64,000 nt of DNA from an uncultured Erysipelotrichaceae bacterium (GCA_902778125.1 CACYWH010000002.1:974-64973); one strand, 5' to 3'. Counted from the first letter of the stretch, positions 50,482 through 59,888 are shown. Translations and numbers: made by a program. The notes: generated from the sequence alone by a model not told the origin.

Positions 50482-51564
50482 TTATTTTTTATTCCTTCTA
50501 ATAATAAAATTATAACTTTTTAATATGATTAAATATAATATTGAAAAGAATATAATTAATCTTAAAAATACTCTTATAGTTGGAATATCTCCAAAAACAT
50601 ACCAGCTTAATGCTTCAAATGATACAAATGTTATTATTACTGATATAAAACCAATTATTAAGTGCTTTGTATTTATGTTTACTTTCTTTTTATTAATAAC
50701 TATATCATATAAGAAATACATTATACTCGTTCCTATTACATAAAGAATTATATCATCCACATCAAATACTCCTCTTTTTGTAATAAATTGAAATAGTTCT
50801 AAAAAGAATCCTATCATTATACTTATTAAAACATTGATACTAATTTTTTTTATATTAAATACTCTCAATATTAAATATTGCATTGGCATTAATATAATTA
50901 TATTTCCTACAACATTTACTAAGAATTGTCTACTATCAAAATTAGCCCAATAACCAAATAATGTTTTAAATGGAATTAAATTGTATGTAGTATAACCAAT
51001 TAATCTTCTTCCATAATTAGTAAGATTTATCAAAGTAATTGTATATAAAACTAAAGCTATAATATATGTGATCTTTTTCATTTTATTTTTATCTTCAACT
51101 TTATCATAATAATAATTTGAAAGTAGATTATTATTAAAACCAATAATTAAAGCAAAGAATAAAAATACAACTATTTCACCCATATAATCAAAATGAAAAG
51201 TTACACTTGAATATTCAACTCTTAAATAGTTTAAATATAATACTAATAAAATAATATAAACAACTATACATATAGGAATAATGAATTTATTCTTCTTTTT
51301 ATTTGTTGTATCAATGTATTTTATTATATCTTTTATATTTTTTTCTTCTTGTTTATCTTCTTTTCCATTTAATAATTCAGAAACTGAAATACCTAATGTT
51401 TCAGATAATGGAATTAATAATGAAATGTCTGGTGTTCCTCTACCAGTTTCCCATCTAGAAATTGCTTTTTCGGTAACATTAATTTTTTTGGCTAGTTCAT
51501 CTTGTGTTAGACCTTTTTCTTTTCTTTTTATTTTGATAAGATTTGAGATTTTTTCTATATCCAT
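50482..51564 (-). CDS. XRE-family HTH fused to a VanZ-like polytopic membrane domain
   Basis: The HTH reads LTQDELAKKINVTEKAISRWETG. It has multiple TM helices, and the VanZ-like motif GVFDVDDIILYVIGT is present. Confidence 0.65.
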   Translation of the reverse strand: MDIEKISNLIKIKRKEKGLTQDELAKKINVTEKAISRWETGRGTPDISLLIPLSETLGISVSELLNGKEDKQEEKNIKDIIKYIDTTNKKKNKFIIPICIVVYIILLVLYLNYLRVEYSSVTFHFDYMGEIVVFLFFALIIGFNNNLLSNYYYDKVEDKNKMKKITYIIALVLYTITLINLTNYGRRLIGYTTYNLIPFKTLFGYWANFDSRQFLVNVVGNIIILMPMQYLILRVFNIKKISINVLISIMIGFFLELFQFITKRGVFDVDDIILYVIGTSIMYFLYDIVINKKKVNINTKHLIIGFISVIITFVSFEALSWYVFGDIPTIRVFLRLIIFFSILYLIILKSYNFIIRRNKK

Positions 51565-51659
51565 ACTTCATCCCTCTTTCACAAAAAATTATACTATCTG
51601 CTAGGAATAATTCAACCTATGAATCGTAGGATTCAATTAATAAATGAAATTTCAACATT

Positions 51660-51752
51660 AAAAAACTCGAACAATTTGTCCGAGTATTCTCCCTAATGGT
51701 ACATCAAGTATGATTATATCTGACTAGGTGTCTAAAAAAATAATTCAATTCC
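51660..51752 (-). ncRNA. Candidate small RNA / conserved 3' module, copy A
   Basis: It has TTGACT-16 nt-TATATT (51759-51786) and a terminator CTCGGACAAATTGTTCGAG plus T6 (51660-51684). It shares the GATGTACCATTAGG core with copies at 57092 and 58356. There is no ORF. Confidence 0.35.
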
Positions 51753-51847
51753 ACACTCAATATAGCACATTTTTATAAAAAGTCAAAATCAATGTAATTA
51801 CAATATTTATTTTTAATATGACCCACACATTAAATATGAATTATTTA

Positions 51848-54800
51848 TTATTTAAATAAGCCCTTCACTTTTTCCCAAAATGTTCTTTTTTCTTTTTCTT
51901 CTTTAGGAACTTTTTTTTCTTTATTATTTTGTTTTTGAGTAACAGAATCTATCATAAATATTATTTTTGATTTTCCTTCAGTTGATTCTTCTTTTTCATC
52001 TAATAATTCATTTTGATTATTTAATTTAACAATTGATTTTAATCTTTGTTCAGTGGATTTAACTGGTCCATTTACTAATTTACTTATTTTATTTATTCCT
52101 AATTTATTATATTTTTCAAGTCCTTTAGATAATTCTTTTGTTCCTTTAGCAACTAAATTAGAACCATTATTAAGTGTATCCATAGATGTTGTTAATGTTG
52201 TAATTGTATCATCTAAAATATTAACTTTATCTTTAACATCATCCTCATATTTATTTAGTATTTGTCTTAGTTTACTATCAACATTTTCTTCACTAAATTC
52301 TTTTTCAATAACGTTTCGTACTACTTCACCTGTATATTCTTCCGTATAAGTATCTGCTAAATCACTAACAGTTTTGTCAATTATTTTATCTACAACGCCA
52401 TCTATATATTTCTTAATATCAACATTAATATAAGCATTATCATCAGATAGTCTTTCTTCAATTGTTTTAATTATTATTTCTTTTACTTTTTCTTCATATT
52501 CATTAATAAGAGCATCATTATTTAAATATTCATTTATTATACTGTTTAATTTTTTTATGTATTCCTTTACCAAATTATTAACATAATTTTCTTCATTTAA
52601 GCTTTCAATTATTTTATCTGGAATATTAGCATTACTTATGTTTTCTTTAACTTGATTTAGTGTATTATTTTTTACATCATTTGCAATTCTTAAAGCAGTA
52701 TCATAATCTACATTATATGTTTCTGCTAAATAATTAATGTATTCATCTGACATATTATTGTTAATACTACCATTAATCTTATTAAACTCTTCATTTATAA
52801 TACTATTTAATTTATTATTAATTTTATCTTTTAAGACTTTAGTTAAATTATTTATTTCATCATCATTATTTAATAAATTAGTAATATCTTTTTTAATGAT
52901 ATTATCAACAATATCATTTATATCTAAGCTATTAATAATACTTTTTAATTCTTCTTCTACTATAACTTGAGTATTTTTCTTTAATGATTCAATCATAGCT
53001 TTTTGAAGTTCTTCTTTATGACTTTTTAATACTTTACTAGTTTCAGTAGTTACCTCTTCTTCTAATGCAGGTGTAATTATTTTAATATTATCTTTTACTA
53101 TTTTAATTAATTCTTCTTTTAATGTATCCTGGTTTTGATTACGATAATATTCATACTTTTTAACAAGTAATTTTAAATTACTATTTAATTTAGTAATACC
53201 ATTATCAATCGCGGTTGTTCCATCACTTAATTGTTTAGATGCTTTAACTATTTGATCCATATTACTTTGTAATTCATCAATTTTTTTATATAAATCATTA
53301 ACTTCATCAAATAAACCTAAATTCTTACTATCAATTACATCTGTTGTTGCTACTGAATAAATAGAATTTAATTCAAAATTATTTGTTTCATAACTAATTT
53401 CAACTTTATCCATATCTTTTAGATTATCAAAATTTAATGATTCATATAATCCTGGAGAAGATAAGGCAATAATTATTGAACTAACTCCATTGTCTACTAT
53501 CCTACCATTACTAACTTTAATATTTTTATTATCTGCATTATTTAGTATTGATGTAGTAACAATCATATATGGTACATAAATATTTTCTTCTTTACCATTA
53601 ATTTTCATTTTTTTAAAATTAATATTGTTATATTTTAACTCAATTTTTATTTTACCTTTTTTACCTAAAATATCATTAACATTCTTTTCTTCTCCATTTA
53701 AATAGTATTTAACATTAATACTAATAGGTAAATCTTTTTTATATGTTCCTTGATAATAAACATCCTCACCATTAGTTTCCCAAATTAAATTATTTCCATT
53801 TTGTTTAAAATTGTTATTACCATTCAAGTTTTTAATATCAAATAATTCTGTTTTATCATTAATTTTATCTTTTGTTATATCATATAAACGCTCTGATACA
53901 ATTACATTATTAACTGAACCATTACTATCAAGCTTTGCATATACACTTTCTTCTTTAGTAGTTGCACTTACTTTTGTAATAAATAATAAGTTAAAAACTA
54001 ATAAACACGCTAATCCTTTTTTAACATTCGTTTTCATTTTACCCTTTCCTTTCATAAAACCTATTGTTGTTTTTGTTATCAATTTATCAAATACTAATAA
54101 TATGCTTGGAACAATTAACATAACAACTCCCATACTAATAATTGCTCCTCTTGACATAAGCAAGCAAAGTGAACCAATCATATCTATTTTTGAAACTGCA
54201 AATACACTAAATGTAGCTGCAAAAAAGCACATTGCACTAACAAAGATAGATGATACCGATGATTCTAATGCCACATTCATAGAAGATATTTTATCCTTAC
54301 CACTTTTTCTTTCTTCTAAATATTTTGTAGTAAGTAATATAGCATAATCAATTGTAGCTCCAAGTTGTATAGTACCAATAACAATTGATGAAACAAATGG
54401 AATACTATTATCTTGCCAATAAGGTATACCCATATTTATAAATATTGCAAACTCAATAGAAATAACAAGTAATATCGGTAAACTAAATGATTTAAGTACA
54501 AAAAACATTATTAAGAAAATAATACCTATTGATACATAATTAACGTTTCTTAAATCAATTGCAGTTATTTCTACTAAATCATTCATCAAAGGTCCTTCTC
54601 CAGCAAGAATAGCATTTTTGTCATATTTTTTTATTATTTTATTTATTTCTTTTATTCGTACATTTAATTCATCAGTGGCCAGCTCATAATTTGAATTTAT
54701 TAATATTAATTTATATTTATCAGTTTCTAAAAAATTTCTTATTTTTAAAGGAATTATATTATTAGATATTCCATATTTAGATAGTATATTAGAAGATATA

Positions 54801-56107
54801 ATATTATCTACTCCATCTAGATTTTGTAGTTCATCAATCATATTATTCATATCATTATTTTCAATATTTGAATCAACTAAAACTATTGACTGAGTAATTA
54901 ATCCATACTCATCTTTTAACTTCTTGCTTACAATTGAATAATCATAATTATCAGGTATACTTTTATCTAAATTATAATAAACTTCTGTTTTTCTTTGAGA
55001 TAAATATACAGGTATTAATAACAATATAAAAACTGCAAATATCCATTTATATCCCTTAGTCACAATGGGTTTAATAAATCTGAATTTAGGAATTAATGGT
55101 TTATGTTTCGTTTTTCTTATTATCTTATCAAATAATAGTATTATTGAAGGATATATAGTTAATACAGTTAAAACTCCAAACACTACTCCTTTAGCCATTA
55201 CAAGACCAATATCAGTACCCAAACTAAATTTCATACTACAAAGTGCTAGGAAACCAGCAATTGTTGTTAAAGATGAACCAACTACAGATGTCATTGTTTC
55301 ATTAATTGCATCTATCATAGCTTCATCGTTAGTTTTTTTACTCTTTTTAGCAGCTTCATATTTATGATATAAAAATATAGAAAAATCTGTTGTTACACCT
55401 AATTGTAAAACTGCTGCTATTGCCTTTGTTATATAAGATATTTGTCCTAAAAATACATTTGTACCCATATTAAATAAAATAGATAATCCAATATTACCAA
55501 GTAAAAGTAATGGTACTATATATGAATCTAAAAATATCATTAATATAAATAAACAACAAATAACTGCTATAAGTACATATATAAAAGTTTGACTTTCTAC
55601 TAGTTTTCTAGTATCCAAAGACATAGCACTCATACCACCTACTTTAATACTATCTGATAGTTTTTTTATTTCATTTATAGCAACTTCTGTTTCATCATCA
55701 GTAGTTCCAGTTTTAAATGTTATAAATAATAATTTCGAATCATTACTAGAAACACGATTAAGTATATTCTTTGGTAATACCTCAAGTGGAATTGTTAATC
55801 CAGTTATATCATTTATACTAACTACTTCATTAACACAATCAATATTTCTAATTTCATTTTCTAGATTAATTAAATCATTATTACTTATTTTATTATCTAC
55901 TAAAGAAATAGAAAATGATCCTAAATTAAAATCATCTTTTAATATGTTTTGTCCTTTTAAAGTTTCAATATCATTAGGTAAGTATACTAAAATATCATAA
56001 TTTGTTTTAGTTAATTCAAAACCAATTAAAGCTGGTATTATTAATAATAAACCAATAATCACAATTAATTTCTTATGATTAACAACAAAACTAGAAAATG
56101 ATTTCAT
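51848..56107 (-). CDS. MMPL/RND-type transporter fused in frame to a signal-peptide-bearing beta-rich plus coiled-coil protein (YhgE/Pip-like heptad repeats)
   Basis: Residues 1-700 (ORF-track numbering) form a 12-TM MMPL core. An internal SD-like AAAGGAAAGGG then precedes an ATG at 54037, followed by MKTNVKKGLACLLVFNLLFITKVSA-TT. About 700 aa of extracytoplasmic sequence follows, including ..LSDGTTAIDNG.. and ..LNNGSNLVAKGTKELSKGL.. repeats. The gene start was moved behind GAGGTGG. Confidence 0.7.
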   Translation of the reverse strand: MKSFSSFVVNHKKLIVIIGLLLIIPALIGFELTKTNYDILVYLPNDIETLKGQNILKDDFNLGSFSISLVDNKISNNDLINLENEIRNIDCVNEVVSINDITGLTIPLEVLPKNILNRVSSNDSKLLFITFKTGTTDDETEVAINEIKKLSDSIKVGGMSAMSLDTRKLVESQTFIYVLIAVICCLFILMIFLDSYIVPLLLLGNIGLSILFNMGTNVFLGQISYITKAIAAVLQLGVTTDFSIFLYHKYEAAKKSKKTNDEAMIDAINETMTSVVGSSLTTIAGFLALCSMKFSLGTDIGLVMAKGVVFGVLTVLTIYPSIILLFDKIIRKTKHKPLIPKFRFIKPIVTKGYKWIFAVFILLLIPVYLSQRKTEVYYNLDKSIPDNYDYSIVSKKLKDEYGLITQSIVLVDSNIENNDMNNMIDELQNLDGVDNIISSNILSKYGISNNIIPLKIRNFLETDKYKLILINSNYELATDELNVRIKEINKIIKKYDKNAILAGEGPLMNDLVEITAIDLRNVNYVSIGIIFLIMFFVLKSFSLPILLVISIEFAIFINMGIPYWQDNSIPFVSSIVIGTIQLGATIDYAILLTTKYLEERKSGKDKISSMNVALESSVSSIFVSAMCFFAATFSVFAVSKIDMIGSLCLLMSRGAIISMGVVMLIVPSILLVFDKLITKTTIGFMKGKGKMKTNVKKGLACLLVFNLLFITKVSATTKEESVYAKLDSNGSVNNVIVSERLYDITKDKINDKTELFDIKNLNGNNNFKQNGNNLIWETNGEDVYYQGTYKKDLPISINVKYYLNGEEKNVNDILGKKGKIKIELKYNNINFKKMKINGKEENIYVPYMIVTTSILNNADNKNIKVSNGRIVDNGVSSIIIALSSPGLYESLNFDNLKDMDKVEISYETNNFELNSIYSVATTDVIDSKNLGLFDEVNDLYKKIDELQSNMDQIVKASKQLSDGTTAIDNGITKLNSNLKLLVKKYEYYRNQNQDTLKEELIKIVKDNIKIITPALEEEVTTETSKVLKSHKEELQKAMIESLKKNTQVIVEEELKSIINSLDINDIVDNIIKKDITNLLNNDDEINNLTKVLKDKINNKLNSIINEEFNKINGSINNNMSDEYINYLAETYNVDYDTALRIANDVKNNTLNQVKENISNANIPDKIIESLNEENYVNNLVKEYIKKLNSIINEYLNNDALINEYEEKVKEIIIKTIEERLSDDNAYINVDIKKYIDGVVDKIIDKTVSDLADTYTEEYTGEVVRNVIEKEFSEENVDSKLRQILNKYEDDVKDKVNILDDTITTLTTSMDTLNNGSNLVAKGTKELSKGLEKYNKLGINKISKLVNGPVKSTEQRLKSIVKLNNQNELLDEKEESTEGKSKIIFMIDSVTQKQNNKEKKVPKEEKEKRTFWEKVKGLFK

Positions 56108-56204
56108 AGTCCCACCTCGGTAATATATTCTATTACCAAATTCTTTTAAATACCACAACATAATAGTAATAATGAATGATATCCAACATTTTTATAAATA
56201 TATA

Positions 56205-56223
56205 TGTATATTTATAATACATT
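56205..56223. promoter_or_regulatory. Candidate TetR operator
   Basis: The inverted repeat ATGTAT-N7-ATACAT lies in the divergent MMPL/tetR control region. Confidence 0.3.
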
Positions 56224-56235
56224 TTGTTTGATATT

Positions 56236-56264
56236 TGACTTTTTGTATAATTAATTCTATAATT
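56236..56264 (+). promoter_or_regulatory. tetR promoter
   Basis: It reads TTGACT-17 nt-TATAAT. Confidence 0.5.
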
Positions 56265-56282
56265 TCTATCGAGGTGGAATTT

Positions 56283-56849
56283 ATGAATGAAAAAACTGAT
56301 TTGAGAATTATTAAAACAAAAAAGATATTATTTGAAACACTATTAAAACTTATGAAACATAAAAATTTTGACAAAATAAAAATATCTGATATATGTGAAG
56401 AAGCATTAATAAATCGTTCAACTTTCTATGCACATTATCAAGATAAATATGAACTACTAGATGATTTAGTAGAAGATTTAAAAGTATCATTATTAAAAGA
56501 TTTAGAAAATTATGAAAATAATATTTCATCTAAGGAATATATAATGAGATTATTAAGCATATTAATTGATCACATAGATGAAAAAAAAGATATATATAGT
56601 GCTATATTATTAAATAATAGAAATGGATTTCTTATTGATTTTTTAATAGATGTTACTGAAAGAGAATCTGCTATAAGGCTTAAGAATAATGAAGATATTG
56701 TTAAGTCACAATTACCATTAGAAATAATAATAAGGTTCTATGCAGGTGGTTTAATAAATATTTGTTTATCATGGCTAACACAAAAAGAAAAATATACTAA
56801 AGAAGAATTATTGGAATATATTAATAAATTGATACCGGAAAAAATATAA
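56283..56849 (+). CDS. TetR/AcrR family transcriptional regulator
   Basis: The N-terminal HTH reads RIIKTKKILFETLLKLMKHKNFDKIKISDICEEALINRSTFYAHY. The start was moved behind GAGGTGG. It is divergent from the MMPL gene. Confidence 0.85.
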   Translation: MNEKTDLRIIKTKKILFETLLKLMKHKNFDKIKISDICEEALINRSTFYAHYQDKYELLDDLVEDLKVSLLKDLENYENNISSKEYIMRLLSILIDHIDEKKDIYSAILLNNRNGFLIDFLIDVTERESAIRLKNNEDIVKSQLPLEIIIRFYAGGLINICLSWLTQKEKYTKEELLEYINKLIPEKI

Positions 56850-56871
56850 AAAGCATTTTATGCTTTTTTTT
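56850..56871 (+). terminator. tetR terminator
   Basis: The stem AAAGCAT/ATGCTTT is followed by a T8 run. Confidence 0.7.
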
Positions 56872-57091
56872 ATTTATAAAATAGCTAAAATGCCTAAATA
56901 TAATTATTAAATTTTATTATATAAAATATTTCAATTATTTATTCACTTACTTTTTTAAATTCGATTTAATTTAAAAATTTTTGAAACTCAACGCTATCAA
57001 ATGTTTTTGTATAAATCTTCTTTATCAATTTTAGTTTTTTGAACTTTTAGCAAAAAAATCGACTCTTTTCTGGAATCGAATTATTCCTTAT

Positions 57092-57193
57092 AAAAACGGA
57101 CAAACTAGTCATTTGTCCGCATTAACTTCAATATTGGTACGATGGGATAGTATATCCGAAACCTTAGGAATAGTTGATAAACAACTAATCACT
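57092..57193 (-). ncRNA. Candidate small RNA, copy C (orphan; no upstream gene on this strand)
   Basis: It has TTGAAA-17 nt-TACTAT (57200-57228) and a terminator CGGACAAA/TTTGTCCG plus T5 (57092-57119). The shared core reads CATCGTACCAATATT. It is divergent from the promoter of the 57308 gene. Confidence 0.4.
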
Positions 57194-57255
57194 AAAATAA
57201 TAGTAGCATAAAAATAGTATTGTTTCAATATTTTTCTGTTTTTAATTGATACCTA

Positions 57256-57283
57256 TTGATATTTTTAATATAAATGCTATAAT
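57256..57283 (+). promoter_or_regulatory. Promoter of the 57308 gene
   Basis: It reads TTGATA-16 nt-TATAAT. Confidence 0.5.
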
Positions 57284-57307
57284 AGTAAGCACCTAGGGGG
57301 AAATAAT

Positions 57308-57925
57308 ATGGAAAAGATTACAAAAATTAACGATAGTCTTAGTGTAAAAGAAGATAATAGAAAAAATAGAACTATTATTTCTGTGATTGATGGAGATAAA
57401 GAAGTATTACTATCTGATATTGAAACAGATGATTATTTTTGGAATAAATGGGTTTATGATGATAATTATGTGGTTGCATATTCGAGAGGTTGTATGGTAA
57501 ATCAAATTCCACTTACTGTTGAAGCAGCATATAGTATTAAGAATAAAAGATTACTCAATATGAAAAATGAAAGAATTAAAGAATTGCTTGAATTCATGTT
57601 AATATGTAAAAAAGGATTTGATTTAACACAAATATTAACTGAAATAAATAGTAGTGATTTAGGGCTTTTATCTGATGATAAAAAAGATGAATTAAGAAAT
57701 TACCTTACATCAGGCAATAAAAATATAAATAAAAAAGATATAATGAGTTATATTTTAGAAGCATATCCTCAACTAGAAAAATATGCAAGTTTAACTGAAA
57801 AATTATCTGTATCAGAATACCGTTCAATAAGAGAAGAATTAGATGAATCAACATTTTGGTTGCATGCAATACCTCAAGATTTAAGTTTTGTTGAAGATGT
57901 ACCAAAAAAGAAGTTAAAAAAATAA
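57308..57925 (+). CDS. Hypothetical cytoplasmic protein (205 aa), orphan
   Basis: SD TAGGGGG lies 7 nt upstream of the ATG. No motif was recognised. It is flanked by about 430 and 580 nt of non-coding DNA. Confidence 0.45.
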   Translation: MEKITKINDSLSVKEDNRKNRTIISVIDGDKEVLLSDIETDDYFWNKWVYDDNYVVAYSRGCMVNQIPLTVEAAYSIKNKRLLNMKNERIKELLEFMLICKKGFDLTQILTEINSSDLGLLSDDKKDELRNYLTSGNKNINKKDIMSYILEAYPQLEKYASLTEKLSVSEYRSIREELDESTFWLHAIPQDLSFVEDVPKKKLKK

Positions 57926-58116
57926 TATAAAAATAATTTATTATTACACATAATTAATTATTAATGGGAATACTATGTAATGTAGTGCAAATGTCCATGG
58001 ATTAACTTTAAATAGAATATGTGCTACTATTTAATTACTCAATGACCAAGGGTTATATGAGTCCTGGAGACGTAACTTTTATTAGTTGCGTTATCCGTTT
58101 ATACTAAAATGAAAAG

Positions 58117-58146
58117 CCTCTTAATTTTGATTTAAGAGACTTTTTT
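58117..58146 (+). terminator. Terminator about 190 nt downstream of the 57308 gene
   Basis: The stem CTCTTAA/TTAAGAG is followed by a T6 run. Confidence 0.5.
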
Positions 58147-58355
58147 GTATTTATTATATTCTTTTAATACATTTTGTAGATATCAAGGTTCATCAATTAA
58201 ATATGAACTTATAATATACATATCATTTTTGTTTCTTTCAAGAATTATTATATAACTATATAAATCATCACTATACAATAACTTAGTTCTTTTTAATTAT
58301 TTATTATATTACAAATGTTTATTTTTTATTATTTATTTACATTTTTATTAATAAT

Positions 58356-58461
58356 AAAAACTCGAACAAATAAGTTCGAGCAAAATTCCTTATGGTACGA
58401 ATCTGCATTGTGTAGAACAACCAAGATTCACAAAATAATAAGTAGTAATATTTTACTAACT
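58356..58461 (-). ncRNA. Candidate small RNA / conserved 3' module, copy B
   Basis: TTGCAG-17 nt-TATATT (58468-58496) starts 13 nt after the XRE stop codon. The terminator is CTCGAAC/GTTCGAG plus T5 (58356-58380). The shared core reads GATTCGTACCATAAGG. Confidence 0.35.
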
Positions 58462-58508
58462 GATAAGAATATATCATATTTAATTATAATCTGCAAGTCT
58501 TTAAAATT

Positions 58509-59252
58509 TTATTTAGATTCACACATTAAATATGATTTTTTTATTATATTCTCAAGTTCATTTTTTGTTGCTTTTTCAACCTTTTTAATTGAATAGTCAG
58601 TATAATATACTTTTATTTTTGATGCTGAGACTTGTATAGTATCTCCAGTTGCAAATGGTACTTTTTTCCCTTCTAATTGTCTAGCCATAGATTCAAAATA
58701 TTCCCAGCGACTTCTTTGTTTATTATATACATTTACTGTTGTATGAATAAAACAAATGCTTTCATCATTATTTTCCCTGCATATATGATATGCATTTAAT
58801 ATACTTTGCCCTTTAGCAAGAAATATCACGTCTTCATCATTTATTTCACAAGTCATTACCCTAGAATCATATTTAACATCAAATTCATAATAATTATTGA
58901 ATAGTAAAATAGAAAACAAAAAAAATATAATCAATGTAAATATACTAATAATCTTTATTAATTTTTTCTTTTTGGATTTATTAGATACATTAACAATGTC
59001 AATAATATTATTTTCTAGTGATTCTATATATTTGTTATCTTCAACATCTTCCCCACTCATTAAATCATTTATTGTAATTCCAAGTTCACTACATAGTGGC
59101 TTAAATAATGATAAGTCCGGCATATTTTTGCCATTCTCCCAATTTGATATAGCTCTGTCAGATACTCCCAATCTTTCAGCCAATTCTTCTTGAGTGATTT
59201 TCTTTTGCTTTCTTTTTTCTGAAATATATTTTCCTATTTTCTCTTGATTCAT
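58509..59252 (-). CDS. XRE-family HTH, TM helix and extracytoplasmic domain protein
   Basis: The HTH reads ITQEELAERLGVSDRAISNWENG. It has one TM helix (IISIFTLIIFFLFSILLF). SD is GAAAGGAG. Confidence 0.65.
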   Translation of the reverse strand: MNQEKIGKYISEKRKQKKITQEELAERLGVSDRAISNWENGKNMPDLSLFKPLCSELGITINDLMSGEDVEDNKYIESLENNIIDIVNVSNKSKKKKLIKIISIFTLIIFFLFSILLFNNYYEFDVKYDSRVMTCEINDEDVIFLAKGQSILNAYHICRENNDESICFIHTTVNVYNKQRSRWEYFESMARQLEGKKVPFATGDTIQVSASKIKVYYTDYSIKKVEKATKNELENIIKKSYLMCESK

Positions 59253-59381
59253 TATACTTCTCCTTTCGCATTCATATTAACCTATTTTAGAAATATATAA
59301 CACGAAATACTGCTTGAGTTTTGCTAATTATATCATAATTTATAACAAAAGAATAATAAACGAATGATTAGTCTTTTAAAT

Positions 59382-59416
59382 AAAAATAGTAAAAGATTAA
59401 TTATTCTTTTACTATT
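59382..59416 (-). terminator. Terminator after the lipoprotein gene
   Basis: A 12-bp stem AATAGTAAAAGA/TCTTTTACTATT is followed by a T5 run on the minus strand. Confidence 0.6.
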
Positions 59417-59428
59417 TTGACATTTCTA

Positions 59429-59872
59429 TTACTTGCAAATTGTTTTTTCACCATTTTCTCCAGGTTCTTCAGCTTTATGAAAATTTGTTATTTCTTTTCT
59501 TGTAAGTTTTTTTAAATCTTCTTTACTTTTAACAAATATTTTTTGAGCATATTCTTCTGAAATTAAGTTTACATCACAAATGTATGTTGCTACATAATAT
59601 CCATTTTCTTCTTTATAAGATCCTTCACAACCGTCTGTATTTTTATTTAGATTTTCATAATCACTTTTAAATAGTTCTGGATTTTGAACCATTGATGTTG
59701 GAGTTTTTATAATTTGCTCTATAGTAGATACAACTCCATCTTTAAAAGTGTAATTAGTTTTATATGTTGTATCATAACTATCAGTATATGAACATGATAA
59801 AACACTATTTTTATTTGTGCAACCAGTTAATATAACTAATAAGGTTAATGTTATTAATACTGTTTTTTTCAT
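59429..59872 (-). CDS. Lipoprotein of unknown function (147 aa)
   Basis: The start was moved to MKKTVLITLTLLVILTGC (lipobox), behind AAGGAGG. Confidence 0.55.
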   Translation of the reverse strand: MKKTVLITLTLLVILTGCTNKNSVLSCSYTDSYDTTYKTNYTFKDGVVSTIEQIIKTPTSMVQNPELFKSDYENLNKNTDGCEGSYKEENGYYVATYICDVNLISEEYAQKIFVKSKEDLKKLTRKEITNFHKAEEPGENGEKTICK

Positions 59873-59888
59873 TCTTTCCTCCTTATTA

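Noticed and set aside
51595-51625. Copy A as a cis-acting attenuator or riboswitch leader of the XRE-VanZ gene.
   Set aside because: This is not excluded, but it is weakened by two points. A separate TTGAAT-16-TATAAT promoter lies between the copy A terminator and the gene start. In addition, copies B and C have no intact downstream gene.
51690-51705. A T-box riboswitch reading of the conserved TGGTAC motif found in the three repeated units.
   Set aside because: The motif lies on the strand opposite the terminators. It lacks the flanking AGGGTGGTACCGCG consensus. No specifier or stem I architecture is present, and no aminoacyl-tRNA-related gene lies downstream.
57926-58116. The plus-strand region of about 190 nt after the 57308 gene, considered as a known structured RNA or as small ORFs (for example MTKGYMSPGDVTFISCVIRLY at 58042-58107).
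   Set aside because: The small ORFs lack an SD. The hairpins are short and imperfect, and I cannot match the region to any RNA family by eye. It is kept only as part of the coding-poor island finding.
58315-58596. The 93-aa plus-strand ORF spanning sRNA-like copy B and the 3' end of the XRE gene. The intergenic track ORFs 56192-56374, 27622-27804, 24781-25044, 35248-35463 and 48825-49022 were treated the same way.
   Set aside because: They have no SD and an extreme Ile/Phe/Leu/Tyr composition. They run through terminators, promoters or the ends of real genes.
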